Numbered from the stretch's first letter, positions 49,472 through 59,695 are shown. The stretch: 64,000 nt of DNA from Actinomycetota bacterium (GCA_021324595.1 JAJPIV010000048.1:1876-65875), one strand, 5' to 3'. Numbers and translations are program-made. The notes: generated by a model from the sequence alone, not told the origin.

Positions 49472-49958
49472 CGGCCCCGGCCACGACCACCCGGACGGTC
49501 ACCAGGGCCGGCGTCACCGGGGCGTGACCGGTCAGGCGGCCCGCCCGGTCCACCCAGACCGGCATCCGCAGGCCCGCGGGGCTCCCGGGCGGCGCCGCCA
49601 CCAGGCCGGTGCGCTCCGCGCCCGAGGGCAGCCGCCAGCGGGCCGGGACCAGGAAGGCCGACGACCCGTCGTACGGGTAGTAGGGCTGCGGCGCCGGGCG
49701 GAGCAGCACCGCCGTGGCCGGCCTCCAGGCTCGCTCGGCCCGGGCCTGGCGGTCGCCAAGGGCGCCGACCCGGGCGCCGACCGAGGCGGCCAGCACCGGC
49801 CCGGCGCCCAGGAACGCGAGCACGAGCAGGATGCGCACCGCGCTCTCGAACCGGTCGGCCGGGCGGCGCAGCGGGTTGCGGTCGACGCCCAGCCACCGGA
49901 TGAGCCCGCGGATCGGCGTGCGCGCCCGGCCTGCGTGCCGGTCCCCCGTCCGTCGCAC
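49338..49958 (-). CDS. Rv1733c-like two-TM membrane protein (start uncertain)
   Basis: DRNPLRRPADRFE, ARW, VWVDRAG, LDRRR..W..EW..VGPRW. Confidence 0.82.
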   Translation of the reverse strand: MRRTGDRHAGRARTPIRGLIRWLGVDRNPLRRPADRFESAVRILLVLAFLGAGPVLAASVGARVGALGDRQARAERAWRPATAVLLRPAPQPYYPYDGSSAFLVPARWRLPSGAERTGLVAAPPGSPAGLRMPVWVDRAGRLTGHAPVTPALVTVRVVVAGAVTLAGFAVVLLLVASLVRWWLDRRRMSLWALEWALVGPRWTSRR

Positions 49959-50017
49959 ACGGCAAGCATTCCCGCGGGCGGGCCGGGCCACCCATGACGA
50001 TCGCCGCCCCGGCGGGC

Positions 50018-50053
50018 GGGCGCCCGGTCCCCTGCGGATGGGACGTTCCGCCC
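50018..50053. promoter_or_regulatory. Pair of DosR-like boxes between Rv1733c-like and usp genes
   Basis: GGGCG-CCCG-GTCCC (50018-50031) and GGGAC-GTTC-CGCCC (50040-50053), 22 bp apart. Confidence 0.5.
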
Positions 50054-50150
50054 TGGCCGGCGGCCGGGGCGAGGGCGAGACTGGCCCTGAGCGCGGGACC
50101 GGGCGCGGGCGCGCCCGGGCATCCGGCGCACCGACCGAGGGAGGCGCGAG

Positions 50151-50663
50151 ATGAGCGAACGACCGGTCATCGTGGTGGGATTCGGCGGTTCGGTCGCTTC
50201 GGTCGCCGCGCTCGCGTGGGCGGCCGGGGAGGCCAGCCGCCGGGGCGCCGTGCTGCGCGTGATCCATGCCCGGCAGGAGCACCCGGCCCGCGCGCCCTAC
50301 GCCGGGCCGGCCGGGCAGCAGCCGCCCGAGCCGGAGCCGACCGCGGCCCAGCGGCTGGCGGCCTGGGTCCGGACGGTGACCGGCGACCTCCCCGGCGCCG
50401 ACGTGGTCACCGAGGTGGTCGGCGGCGCGCCCGAGCGCGCCCTGGCCGAGGCCTCGGACCACGCCGACCTGCTCGTCCTCGGCGCGGGCCAGGTCTCGCC
50501 GGTCGCGCAGCCGGATCCGCTGATCGTGGACCGCCCGGTCGGGCCGGTGATCCGGGCGTGCCTGAGCCACGCCCGGTGCCCGGTGGTGGTCATCGGCCCT
50601 GGCGCAAGCGCCGGCCAGCCCGGGAGCCGCGCCGCGCCCCAGCCGGCGGTCAGCCGGGCCTGA
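50151..50663 (+). CDS. Universal stress protein
   Basis: VIVVGFGGS..ALAWA, ADLLVLG, HARCPVVVI; GGGAGG RBS. Confidence 0.9.
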   Translation: MSERPVIVVGFGGSVASVAALAWAAGEASRRGAVLRVIHARQEHPARAPYAGPAGQQPPEPEPTAAQRLAAWVRTVTGDLPGADVVTEVVGGAPERALAEASDHADLLVLGAGQVSPVAQPDPLIVDRPVGPVIRACLSHARCPVVVIGPGASAGQPGSRAAPQPAVSRA

Positions 50664-50732
50664 GCCGACGGCGCGCGGTGCAGATCTTGGGGAGGAAGCG
50701 CTGCCATATGACCAGGAGCCTCCGTGATCTTC

Positions 50733-53222
50733 TCACCCGGCGAGCAGCCCGTCCCGCGGGGCGCCGCCCGGCTGGACCTCCGCTTGCGGGATGTCCCGGG
50801 CCGGCCCAGGCCCGCCGTCCGGCCCCGGCCCGCCGTCCGGATGCCCGGCGGTGAGCCTGGACGGCCACCAGTTCCACCGGCCCAGCAGGACCACCGCCGA
50901 CGGCACCAGCAGCGTGCGCACCAGGAACGTGTCCATCAGCACGCCGAGCGCGAGCCCGAAGCCGATGTCGCGGACCTCGCTGCCGCCCGGCCCGTTCCCG
51001 CCCACGATCGCCAGCACGAGGAACGTCCCGGCTAGCACCAGGCCGGCTGAGGTCACCGTCGTCCCGGTGACCGAGAGCGCCCGGGCGACCGCCTCGCGCA
51101 GCCGCAGCGCGTGCGCCTCCTCGCGGATCCTCGTCATGACCAGGATGTTGTAGTCCTCGCCGAGGGCGAGCAGGAAGATGAACATCAGGAACGGCATGAA
51201 GAAGACCAGGCCGCTGGCGCTGCCGAGGTCGATGAAGAGCAGGACGGACAGCCCCAGGGCGGCGAGGTAGGACAGGCCGACCGAGGCGATCAGGTACAGG
51301 GGCGCGACCAGGCTGCGCAGCACCAGCGCCAGCAGCACGCCGATCGCGAGGATCGCCACGGGGATGATCTTGACCAGGTCGCTGCCGGAGATGCTGCTGA
51401 TGTCGTGCAGCGCCGGCGCCTCGCCCAGCACCCCGGATGCGCGCGCGCCGGTCGCGCGCGCCACCCGCGAGGTCTTCGCCCGGATCGCGGGGACCGCGTT
51501 CATCGCGGCGGTGCTGGCCGGATCGCCGGCCGTCAGCCCGACGGAGAACTGGACGGTGCGCCCGTCGCCGCTGACGTAGTTGGCGGTGTCCCGGTACATC
51601 TCGTACGCGGCCGGGGGGATGGTCAGCCCCGGCGGCGGCACCGCGGGCAGCGCGGCCGCCGGCCCGAGCAGCGCGTGCAGCCGCGCGTAATCCGCCGCCG
51701 GGATCGGCACGCCCACCGGGTCGAGGGGACCGGTGACGTGCGTGAACAACGCGCTGGCCGACAGCAGCGCCGTGGCCCTGGCCAGCACCGACGGGTTGTC
51801 CCAGACCGGCCGGCGGTACTGGAGGATCAGGCTGGTCGGGTTCGCGGCGGCGTGCGGGTAGTACCTGGCCTCCAGCGCCATGCCCCGGGCCGAGTCGCTG
51901 CCGGGCGGCGCCGACGTGTTGCCCGCGAAGCCGCCCGCCTTGTAGCCGGTCACCGCGAGGGCCAGCGCGCCGAAGAAGACCAGCCCGGCGGCGAGCGTCG
52001 GCACCGGGCGGCGGACGATCCTGGTGGCGATCCGGCCCCACGTCCCCGGCCTGCCGGAGCCCTGGATGTCCCACGGGATGAGCTTGTGGCGGCCGAAGGC
52101 GGCCTGGAACAGCGTCCGCTTGACCCCGAGCAGCGACAGCCGCAGCGACAGCAGCGCCGGCAGCAGGGTCAGCGCGGCCAGCAGGGTCACCGCGATCGCG
52201 ATGGCGAACGGCCCGCCGAGGTCGGCGTAGAACGGGAAGCTGGCCAGCAGCAGGGTCAGCACGGCGGCGATCACCGTCGCGGCCGAGAACGTGATCGACT
52301 CGCCGACCTTGGTGATCGCGCGGACGATCGCCTGCCGCTCCGGCTCCCGCGGCCTGCGCAGGTCCCCGGCGATCGCGCGGGCCAGCCCGCGCGACCGGTC
52401 GGCCGCCTCCGCCCGGTGGCCGGCCACCCGCAGCTGCTCGCGCACCCGGAAGACCAGGAACAGGCCGTAGTCGGTGCCCGCGCCGAGCACCAGCACGATC
52501 AGCAGGAACTGCGCGATCGGCGAGACCTTCAGGCCGTGCCTGGCCGCCTCGGCGACCAGCGGGCCGGAGATGGTGAAGGCGATGAACGGCGGGATCAGCG
52601 TCGCCATCGCCAGGGTGAAGGACCGGAAGATGAGGATCAGCAGCACCAGGATGAACGCGATCGAGATCAGCTGGATCTCGTTTCCCGACGTGCCGTTCGC
52701 CTTCTGCTGGTCGACCTGGATGGCCAGATTCCCGGCCAGGTGGACCTGCAGCCCGGCCGGCCTGGGCACGGAACGGATCGCCGCGCGCAGGTCGTCCACG
52801 AGCGCGGCGGCCGCGTTCTGGTTGTCGCCGAGCGGCGCCGACAGGACGACGTACTGATGCGCCTGCCCGTTTGCGGACGGGCCGACGTCCAGCACCCGGC
52901 GGACCGTCGGCACCCGCCTCAGCCTGGCCTGGATCGCGGCGAGCGCCGCGTCGTCGGCCGCGCTCAGGGCACGACCCGGCGTCGCCGCGATCACCGGCGT
53001 GGGCACCATGCCGGATGTGCCCAGCGGCCCGGCCAGCGCGGCGGCCCGCTCCACCGGCGCGCTCGCCGGGAGGAACTTACTGTTGTCGTTCTGCGTCGCC
53101 CCGGACAGCGAGGGCAGGGCGGTGACGGCGGCCGCCGCCGCGGCGACCCAGGCGAGCAGCACCAGCCACCGGAACCGGACGCTCAGGCGGCCCAGGGCCG
53201 CGAAGATCGCATCAGCACGCAT
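50733..53222 (-). CDS. MMPL family (RND) transporter
   Basis: GAGTDYGLF, LGEDYNIL, VTSAGLVLAGTF, DTFLVR..LVP. Confidence 0.94.
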   Translation of the reverse strand: MRADAIFAALGRLSVRFRWLVLLAWVAAAAAAVTALPSLSGATQNDNSKFLPASAPVERAAALAGPLGTSGMVPTPVIAATPGRALSAADDAALAAIQARLRRVPTVRRVLDVGPSANGQAHQYVVLSAPLGDNQNAAAALVDDLRAAIRSVPRPAGLQVHLAGNLAIQVDQQKANGTSGNEIQLISIAFILVLLILIFRSFTLAMATLIPPFIAFTISGPLVAEAARHGLKVSPIAQFLLIVLVLGAGTDYGLFLVFRVREQLRVAGHRAEAADRSRGLARAIAGDLRRPREPERQAIVRAITKVGESITFSAATVIAAVLTLLLASFPFYADLGGPFAIAIAVTLLAALTLLPALLSLRLSLLGVKRTLFQAAFGRHKLIPWDIQGSGRPGTWGRIATRIVRRPVPTLAAGLVFFGALALAVTGYKAGGFAGNTSAPPGSDSARGMALEARYYPHAAANPTSLILQYRRPVWDNPSVLARATALLSASALFTHVTGPLDPVGVPIPAADYARLHALLGPAAALPAVPPPGLTIPPAAYEMYRDTANYVSGDGRTVQFSVGLTAGDPASTAAMNAVPAIRAKTSRVARATGARASGVLGEAPALHDISSISGSDLVKIIPVAILAIGVLLALVLRSLVAPLYLIASVGLSYLAALGLSVLLFIDLGSASGLVFFMPFLMFIFLLALGEDYNILVMTRIREEAHALRLREAVARALSVTGTTVTSAGLVLAGTFLVLAIVGGNGPGGSEVRDIGFGLALGVLMDTFLVRTLLVPSAVVLLGRWNWWPSRLTAGHPDGGPGPDGGPGPARDIPQAEVQPGGAPRDGLLAG

Positions 53223-53276
53223 GACCGCGAGGGTACGCGAACGGCCGCCGTGACGCCGCCCGCCCGGCGCGCCGGG

Positions 53277-54362
53277 TCACGGGATCAGGCCGGCGGCGAT
53301 GCGCTCCGCGGCCCGGCCGTCCCACAGCGCGGGCCTGCGCGGGGCGGGCGGGTCGGCGAGCACCATCCTGGCCGCCTCCGCGATCACGTCGGGGTCGGTC
53401 CCCACCAGCCGGTTCGTCCCCTCGGTGATCGTCACCGGGCGCTCGGTGCTCTCCCGCAGGGTCAGGCAGGGCACGCCGAGCACGGTCGTCTCCTCCTGCA
53501 CGCCGCCCGAATCGGTGAGCACGAGCCGCGCCGACGCCTCCAGGGCGACGAAGTCCAGGTACCCGGCGGGCGGGATGACCCGGAGGGCGCCGACCGGGAG
53601 CCGGCGGCCCGGCGCGGCCGCGCCGAGGCCCGCGAGCCTGGCCGTGAGCCTTGGGTGGGCGGGGAGCACGAGCGGGCACAGGCGGCCCACCCGGCCGAGC
53701 CCGGCGATGAGCCGGGCGAGCACCCCCGGGTCGTCCACGTTCGCGCTCCGGTGCAGGGTGACCAGGCCGTACCCGCCCGGGGTGAGGCCGAGCCCGGCCA
53801 GCGTGCCCCGCCGGCGCGCCCGGCCCAGGTTGGCCAGCAGCGTGTCCACCATCACGTTGCCCACCAGGCGGATCCGCTCCGGCGGGCAGCCCTCGGCGCG
53901 CAGGTTCCCGGCCGCGTCCGGCGAGGGCGCGAACAGCAAGTCGCTCACCCGGTCGGTGATCACCCGGTTGACCTCCTCGGGCATCGACCGGTCCCCGCTG
54001 CGCAGGCCTGCCTCGACGTGGGCGAGCCGCGCCGCCGACTTGGCCGTCACCAGCGCGCACGCCAGCGTCGAGTTCACGTCGCCGACCACCACGACCGCGT
54101 CCGGCCGCAGGCGCTCGACCAGCGGCTCGAACGCCAGCATGACCCGCGCGACCTGCTCGGCATGGCTGCCCGAGCCCGCGCCGAGGTGGTGGTCCGGGGG
54201 GCGGAGCCCGAGGTCGGCGAGGAACACCTCGCTCATCGCCTGGTCGTAGTGCTGGCCCGTGTGGACGAACACGACCCGCGCCCCCCGCGCGGCGAGCGCG
54301 TCCATGACGGGCTTGACCTTCATGAAGTTCGGCCGCGCGCCGGCCACGCAGATCACCCGCAT
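53277..54362 (-). CDS. wecB: UDP-N-acetylglucosamine 2-epimerase
   Basis: GARPNFMK, HTGQHYD, HVEAGLRS, PEEVNR, TDSGGVQEE, TERP. Confidence 0.94.
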   Translation of the reverse strand: MRVICVAGARPNFMKVKPVMDALAARGARVVFVHTGQHYDQAMSEVFLADLGLRPPDHHLGAGSGSHAEQVARVMLAFEPLVERLRPDAVVVVGDVNSTLACALVTAKSAARLAHVEAGLRSGDRSMPEEVNRVITDRVSDLLFAPSPDAAGNLRAEGCPPERIRLVGNVMVDTLLANLGRARRRGTLAGLGLTPGGYGLVTLHRSANVDDPGVLARLIAGLGRVGRLCPLVLPAHPRLTARLAGLGAAAPGRRLPVGALRVIPPAGYLDFVALEASARLVLTDSGGVQEETTVLGVPCLTLRESTERPVTITEGTNRLVGTDPDVIAEAARMVLADPPAPRRPALWDGRAAERIAAGLIP

Positions 54363-54378
54363 GACGCGGACCCGGGGC

Positions 54379-55632
54379 CTACAGGGTCTCGACGTTCGGG
54401 CCCGACAGCGCCCGGCGGCAGTCGAGCACGTAGCTGGCGTGACCGGTGATCGCCGTGGGGTCGAACGCGTCATGGTCGGTGAGCAGCACGACCGCGTCGG
54501 CCCGGGCCAGCTCCGCGGGCACCGGGTCCACCCGCCGCACCGGCGCGGTGATCAGCCCGGACTCCATCACGTGCGGGTCCGCCGCGACCACGTCGGCGCC
54601 CAGGCCGGTCAGCAGGGCGGCGACCCGGACCGCCGGCGACTCCCGCGCGTCGCCGGTGTTCTTCTTGTACGCGAGCCCCAGCAGCAGCACCCGCGAGCCG
54701 CAGACCGGCTTGCCGCGCCGGTTCAGCCCGAGCATCAGGCGCCGGACCACGTAGTCCGGCATGTGGCCGTTGATGTCGTTGGCCAGCTCCACGAACCGGA
54801 AGCTCTGGCCGAGCGCCCGCTCCACCCGCCACGACAGGTACGACGGGTCGATCGGCAGGCAGTGCCCGCCGACCCCGGGCCCGGGGGCGAACGGCATGAA
54901 CCCGAAGGGCTTGGTCGATGCCGCGTCGATCGCCTCCCACACATCGACCCCGAGGTCATGGGCGACCATCGCGAACTCATTGACCAGCGCGATGTTCACG
55001 TGGCGGAACGTGTTCTCGATGATCTTGGCGAGCTCCGCCTCGGCCGGGGAGGAGACCGGGACGACCCGGTCCACGATCCCGGAGTAGAACGCGCTCACCG
55101 CCGCGAGCGAGGCCTCGCCGATCCCGGAGACGATCTTCGGCGTGGTCGCCAGCGTCCACTGCCGGTTCCCCGGGTCGATGCGCTCCGGGCTGTAGCCGAC
55201 GTGGAAGTCCGTGCCGGCGATCAGCCCCGATCCGTCCTCCAGCCAGGGGAGCACCTTCTCCTGGGTGGTCCCGGGATAGGTGGTGGACTCGACGATCACG
55301 GTGGCGCCCGGGCGCAGGTACCGCGCGAGCGTGCGGCACGCCGCCTCCACGTGGCTCAGGTCCGGCAGGCCGTCCCGCAGCGGGGTGGGAACGCAGATCA
55401 CCGCCACGTCGAAGCCCGCGCAGGAGCGCGGCTCGGACGAGGGCCGCAGCGTGCCGCTCTCCAGCACGGCGGCGAGCTCGCCGTCCGGCACGTCCTCCAC
55501 GTACGAGCCGGACGCCAGCAGCTTGACCCTGGCCTCGTCGGTGTCGAAGCCCACGACCCGGTGGCCGGCCTGCGCGCACCGGACGGCGAGGGGCAGCCCG
55601 ACATAGCCGAGGCCGACCACGACGACGTTCAC
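54379..55632 (-). CDS. Nucleotide-sugar dehydrogenase (UDP-glucose/GDP-mannose family, WecC/WbpA-like)
   Basis: GLGYVGLP, CVPTP, ESTTYPGT, SPER, GVGGHC, DARESP. Confidence 0.93.
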   Translation of the reverse strand: MNVVVVGLGYVGLPLAVRCAQAGHRVVGFDTDEARVKLLASGSYVEDVPDGELAAVLESGTLRPSSEPRSCAGFDVAVICVPTPLRDGLPDLSHVEAACRTLARYLRPGATVIVESTTYPGTTQEKVLPWLEDGSGLIAGTDFHVGYSPERIDPGNRQWTLATTPKIVSGIGEASLAAVSAFYSGIVDRVVPVSSPAEAELAKIIENTFRHVNIALVNEFAMVAHDLGVDVWEAIDAASTKPFGFMPFAPGPGVGGHCLPIDPSYLSWRVERALGQSFRFVELANDINGHMPDYVVRRLMLGLNRRGKPVCGSRVLLLGLAYKKNTGDARESPAVRVAALLTGLGADVVAADPHVMESGLITAPVRRVDPVPAELARADAVVLLTDHDAFDPTAITGHASYVLDCRRALSGPNVETL

Positions 55633-55956
55633 GGCCGCTCCCGCGCGGGCGCGGGCTCCGGCGGGAGCGGCCCCGCGGCGCGGTTCCGGGGTCCGGCTGC
55701 CGCTGCCACGGGCCACCTCCGTGCGGTCGCGGGCCGTGCCCGCACCCGGTCAGTACGATGAGCATTTGAATGACTACTTTCCGTAAGAGAGTAGTCGCCT
55801 GCCCCTCCCCGCGTCCGCGGTTTGGCACGGGCCGGCTCAATGGCCGCCGCGGCCGGGTGAATGGCGCCCCGGACGCGCGCCGCCGCGGCCGTGAGCCCCC
55901 CGCAGTTCACCCGCCCGATTCCGTCCCGGGCCGCGGCCGAGTGAGACAATGCGGCG

Positions 55957-57138
55957 ATGAGCGGCACCCTGCACGTCGCGTGGGACGACCGGCTCACCGG
56001 GTACGACTTCGGGCCCGGGCACCCGCTCGCGCCGGTCCGGGTCGAGCTCACCATCGAGCTGGCCCGGGCGTTCGGCGTGCTGGACGCCCCGGGCGTCACC
56101 GTCGCGGCGCCCGCGCCGGCCACCGACGGCGAGATCGCCCTCGTCCACGATCGCCGCTACATCGAGGCGGTGCGGCAGGCGAGCGGCCCGGACCCGGGCC
56201 CGGTCGCGGGCCGGTTCGGGCTCGGCACCGACGACGACCCGATCTTCCCCGGGATGCACGACGCCTCCGCGCTGGTCGCCGGGGCGACCCTGGCCGCCGC
56301 CCGCGCGGTCTGGTCCGGGGCGGCGTCGCACGGCGTGAACATCGCCGGCGGGCTGCACCACGCGATGCGCGGCCACGCCAGCGGGTTCTGCGTCTACAAC
56401 GACCCGGCGATCGCCATCGCCTGGCTGCTGTCCCAGGGCGCCGAGCGGATCGGGTACGTCGACATCGACGTCCACCACGGCGACGGCGTCCAGGCCGCGT
56501 TCTGGGACGACCCGCGCGTGCTGACGATCAGCCTGCACGAGCACCCGGCCACGCTCTTCCCCGGCACCGGCCGGCCGGCCGAGACGGGGGCGCCGGGCGC
56601 CGAGGGCTACGCGGTCAACGTGGCGCTGCCCGCCGGGACGAGGGACGCGGGCTGGCTGCGGGCGTTCCACGCGGTCGTGCCCCCGCTGCTGCGGGCGTTC
56701 CGGCCCCAGGTCCTGGTCAGCCAGCATGGCTGCGACACCCACTGGATGGACCCGCTGGCGAACCTGGCGCTCACCATCGACGCGCAGCGGGCCGCGCACG
56801 CCGCCATCCACCGGCTCGCCCACGAGGTGGCCGGCGGGCGCTGGCTGCTGACCGGCGGCGGCGGATACGAGCTGGTCCAGGTGGTGCCGCGGACCTGGGC
56901 GCACCTGCTCGCCGAGGCCGCCGGCCGCCCGCTCGACCCCGGGCTGCCGACCCCGCCCGGCTGGCGGGACTACGTCGCCCGGCGCACCAGGACAGCGGCC
57001 CCGGAGTTCATGACCGAGCGGGCGCCGGCGACCTGGCCGCCCTTCGAGGCGGGCTGGGACCCGGACGAGCCGGTCGACCAGGCCATCATGGCCACCCGCC
57101 GGGCGGTGTTCCCGCTGCACGGCCTGGTGCCGCAGTAG
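55957..57138 (+). CDS. acuC: Acetoin utilization protein AcuC (HDAC-family deacetylase)
   Basis: GGLHHA, GFCVYND, DVHHGDG, FPGTG, GGGGY. Confidence 0.93.
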   Translation: MSGTLHVAWDDRLTGYDFGPGHPLAPVRVELTIELARAFGVLDAPGVTVAAPAPATDGEIALVHDRRYIEAVRQASGPDPGPVAGRFGLGTDDDPIFPGMHDASALVAGATLAAARAVWSGAASHGVNIAGGLHHAMRGHASGFCVYNDPAIAIAWLLSQGAERIGYVDIDVHHGDGVQAAFWDDPRVLTISLHEHPATLFPGTGRPAETGAPGAEGYAVNVALPAGTRDAGWLRAFHAVVPPLLRAFRPQVLVSQHGCDTHWMDPLANLALTIDAQRAAHAAIHRLAHEVAGGRWLLTGGGGYELVQVVPRTWAHLLAEAAGRPLDPGLPTPPGWRDYVARRTRTAAPEFMTERAPATWPPFEAGWDPDEPVDQAIMATRRAVFPLHGLVPQ

Positions 57139-57284
57139 GGCGGCCGGGCGGCCGCGCTGGCCGCCTGCGTGCTGCGGGAGCTGCGCGCCGGGACGCCCGC
57201 CTCGCACGCGCTCACCGGCTCGGTCCCGGTCACCCGGGCCGGCATGGCGCCGGGCACCGCGCCGGGCTCGTTCCCGTCATGATT

Positions 57285-57304
57285 TATCACTTCTCACAGT
57301 GATA
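57285..57304. promoter_or_regulatory. Palindromic operator-like site
   Basis: TATCACT-N6-AGTGATA in an AT-rich patch about 120 bp upstream of the ilvC-like gene. Confidence 0.55.
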
Positions 57305-57424
57305 TCGGCAATGATGTTTCCTGCCGCCGGATGACAGCGAGCCGCGCCTCCGCTTACCCTCGTCCGGAATGGCCGCGGCAGCGGTCGGTGACGCCCCGGA
57401 CGGGGAGCGAGGAGGCGGATCGCC

Positions 57425-58429
57425 ATGACTGCAAGGCCGAGGTTCTTCACGCAGGCCGACGCGGACCCGGGCGTGCTCGACGGCCACGCGGTCGCGGTGC
57501 TCGGGTACGGGACGCTGGGCCGGTCGGTGGCCCTCAACCTGCGCGACAGCGGCGTCACCGTGGTCGTGGGGAACATCGAGGACGGCTACCGCGAGCAGGC
57601 GGTCGCCGACGGCTTCGAGCCGGCGGACCTCGGCGACGCGGCCGAGGCGGCCGACGAGATGCTCGTGCTGCTGCCGGACGAGGTGATCCCCGAGTGCTTC
57701 GACCAGGTGATCGCCCCCAGGGTGCGGCCCGGCTCGGCGGTCTGCTTCGCCTCGGGCTACGCGCTGGCCTACCGCCTGGTGTCGCCGCCGCGCGGGGCAG
57801 ACGTGCTGCTGATGGCACCGCGCATGTCGGGCGCCCTGGTCCGCGAGGTGTACCTGGCCGGGGAGGGCTTCTACACCTACCTGTCGGTCGAGGCCGATGC
57901 GACGGGCAAGGCCCTGGCCCGGCTGCTGGCCCTCGCGGGCGCGGTCGGGTCGCTGCGCAAGGGCGCCCTTGAGCTGCCGGCCGAGCAGGAGGCGCTGCTC
58001 GACCTGCTCGTGGAGCAGACGTTCGGCGTGTACCTCGGCCTCGGGGTGCAGCTGGCGTTCCGGGTGGGGACCGAGGCGGGGCTGCCGCCCGAGGCGATGG
58101 TGCTCGAGACCTACATGTCCGGGGAGATGGGCAAGACGCTGGAGGCGTTCGCCTCCGACGGGTTCTACGGCTCGCTGCTCAACCACGGGCTGACCGCGCT
58201 GTTCGGCGGGTTCATCAGGACCGGCGAGGTGGACAGCGAGGGGATGGAGCGGATGTTCCGCTCGGTTCTCGCCGACATCCGCGGCGGGGGCTTCGCCCGG
58301 CGCTTCCAGCGGGAGAAGGCCGACGGCTACCCGACCGTGAGCGTCATCCGGGAGGTCATCGCCGGCAACGATCCGATCACCGCAGCGGAGCGGAGCGTCC
58401 GCGCCGCCCTGGGCCTCGGCAGCGGCTGA
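57425..58429 (+). CDS. Divergent ketol-acid reductoisomerase (IlvC-like)
   Basis: VLGYGTLG..ALNLRDSG, LLPDE, APR, DLLVEQ, IRGGGFA. Confidence 0.82.
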   Translation: MTARPRFFTQADADPGVLDGHAVAVLGYGTLGRSVALNLRDSGVTVVVGNIEDGYREQAVADGFEPADLGDAAEAADEMLVLLPDEVIPECFDQVIAPRVRPGSAVCFASGYALAYRLVSPPRGADVLLMAPRMSGALVREVYLAGEGFYTYLSVEADATGKALARLLALAGAVGSLRKGALELPAEQEALLDLLVEQTFGVYLGLGVQLAFRVGTEAGLPPEAMVLETYMSGEMGKTLEAFASDGFYGSLLNHGLTALFGGFIRTGEVDSEGMERMFRSVLADIRGGGFARRFQREKADGYPTVSVIREVIAGNDPITAAERSVRAALGLGSG

Positions 58430-58454
58430 GCAGCAGGCTGGCGCCCGTCCGGGG

Positions 58455-59435
58455 TCAGGCGGCCAGCGCGGCGGCGTTGCGGGCGACCCGGTGCGCCAGG
58501 GCCCGCTGGCCGTCGGCCAGCCGCGCGGCCTCCCCGCGCCAGGCCGCGAGCGCGGGATCGACCAGCGCCCGGCCGAACGAGAACGTGAGCGGCCACGGGG
58601 CGGGCCGGGCGCAGATCGCCGCCAGGTTGGCGGTGGCCTGGGCGGCCCCCTGCCCGCCGGACAGGAACGCGATGCCGGCCACCGCCTCGGGCACGGCGGC
58701 GCGCAGGGTGGCCAGGGTCGCGCCGGCGACCTCGTCCGGCGCCGCCACCTGGCCCGAGTCGCCGCCGGGCACGACCATGTTGGGCTTGAGCACGACCGCG
58801 TCCAGCCCGATCTCGAACTCGGCCAGCTCGGCGAAGACGGCGCGCAGCGCCCGCTCGGTCGCCTCCGCGCACTCCCGGAGGCTGTGCGAGCCGTCCATCA
58901 GCACCTCGGGCTCGACGATCGGCACCAGCCCGGCCTCGTGGCACGCGCCGGCGTAGCGTGCGAGCGCGTGCGCGTTCGCCCGCAGCGCCTGCGGTGACGG
59001 CCGGCCCGCGCCGATCCGCAGCACCGCCCGCCACTTGGCGAACGCCGCGCCGAGCCGGGCGTACTCGGCCAGCCGCTCGCGCAGCCCGTCGAGCCCCTCG
59101 GTGACCGTCTCGCCCGGCCGGCCGGCCAGCGGCCTCGCCCCGGTGTCCACCTTGATGCCGGGCAGGATGCCGCGCGCGGCAAGCGCCTGGGGAAACGTCG
59201 CTGCACCCGTCACGCGCTGCCGGAACGTCTCGTCGCACAAGATCACGCCGCTTACCCCTCCCGCCAGCCCGGGGGTGGTCACGAGCATCTCCCGGTAGGC
59301 GCGGCGGTTCTCCTCAGTCGGCGCCACGCCGGCCCGCTCCAGCCGGGCCGACATCGTGCTCACGCTCTCGTCGGCGGCCAGTATCCCCTTGCCGGGGCGC
59401 ACCATCGCGGCGGCGGTCGCTGCCAGGTCTGCCAT
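58455..59435 (-). CDS. Class I fructose-bisphosphate aldolase
   Basis: GKGILAADES, GIKVDTG, AKWRAV, VPIVEPE, LKPNMV, FLSGGQ, FSFGRAL. Confidence 0.95.
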   Translation of the reverse strand: MADLAATAAAMVRPGKGILAADESVSTMSARLERAGVAPTEENRRAYREMLVTTPGLAGGVSGVILCDETFRQRVTGAATFPQALAARGILPGIKVDTGARPLAGRPGETVTEGLDGLRERLAEYARLGAAFAKWRAVLRIGAGRPSPQALRANAHALARYAGACHEAGLVPIVEPEVLMDGSHSLRECAEATERALRAVFAELAEFEIGLDAVVLKPNMVVPGGDSGQVAAPDEVAGATLATLRAAVPEAVAGIAFLSGGQGAAQATANLAAICARPAPWPLTFSFGRALVDPALAAWRGEAARLADGQRALAHRVARNAAALAA

Positions 59436-59646
59436 GCGGCTCACCCTCCTCGCCGTCGCGGCCCGCCGGGCCGCGCACCGTGCCGCCGCGCCCCGTCCCG
59501 CCGGGTCGCGGCCCGGCCGAGCGGCCGGTGGCTCGGCACCGTACGACCCGCAGGCACGCCGCCGCATCCCTGGCGCGGTGGAACGCCCGGGGGACTCCGG
59601 AGCGGAACCCGCCGCCCGGCCCGCTCGTTCCCCACGATGACGATCG

Positions 59647-59695
59647 AATAATTACCTTTATCGCGTTTACCACTTATTAATGACTTCTTTGCATG
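59647..59695. promoter_or_regulatory. AT-rich divergent promoter region, possible LysR sites
   Basis: AATAATTACCTTTAT...TTATTAATGACTTCTTTGCAT; contains T-N11-A (TGACTTCTTTGCA). Confidence 0.5.

Noticed and set aside
51111..54449. 1112-aa plus-strand ORF (and similar long ORFs at 3876-6488, 45531-48164, 59783-62554)
   Set aside because: Antisense to well-supported genes (MMPL/wecB, GH65, xfp, MptB/VIT1).
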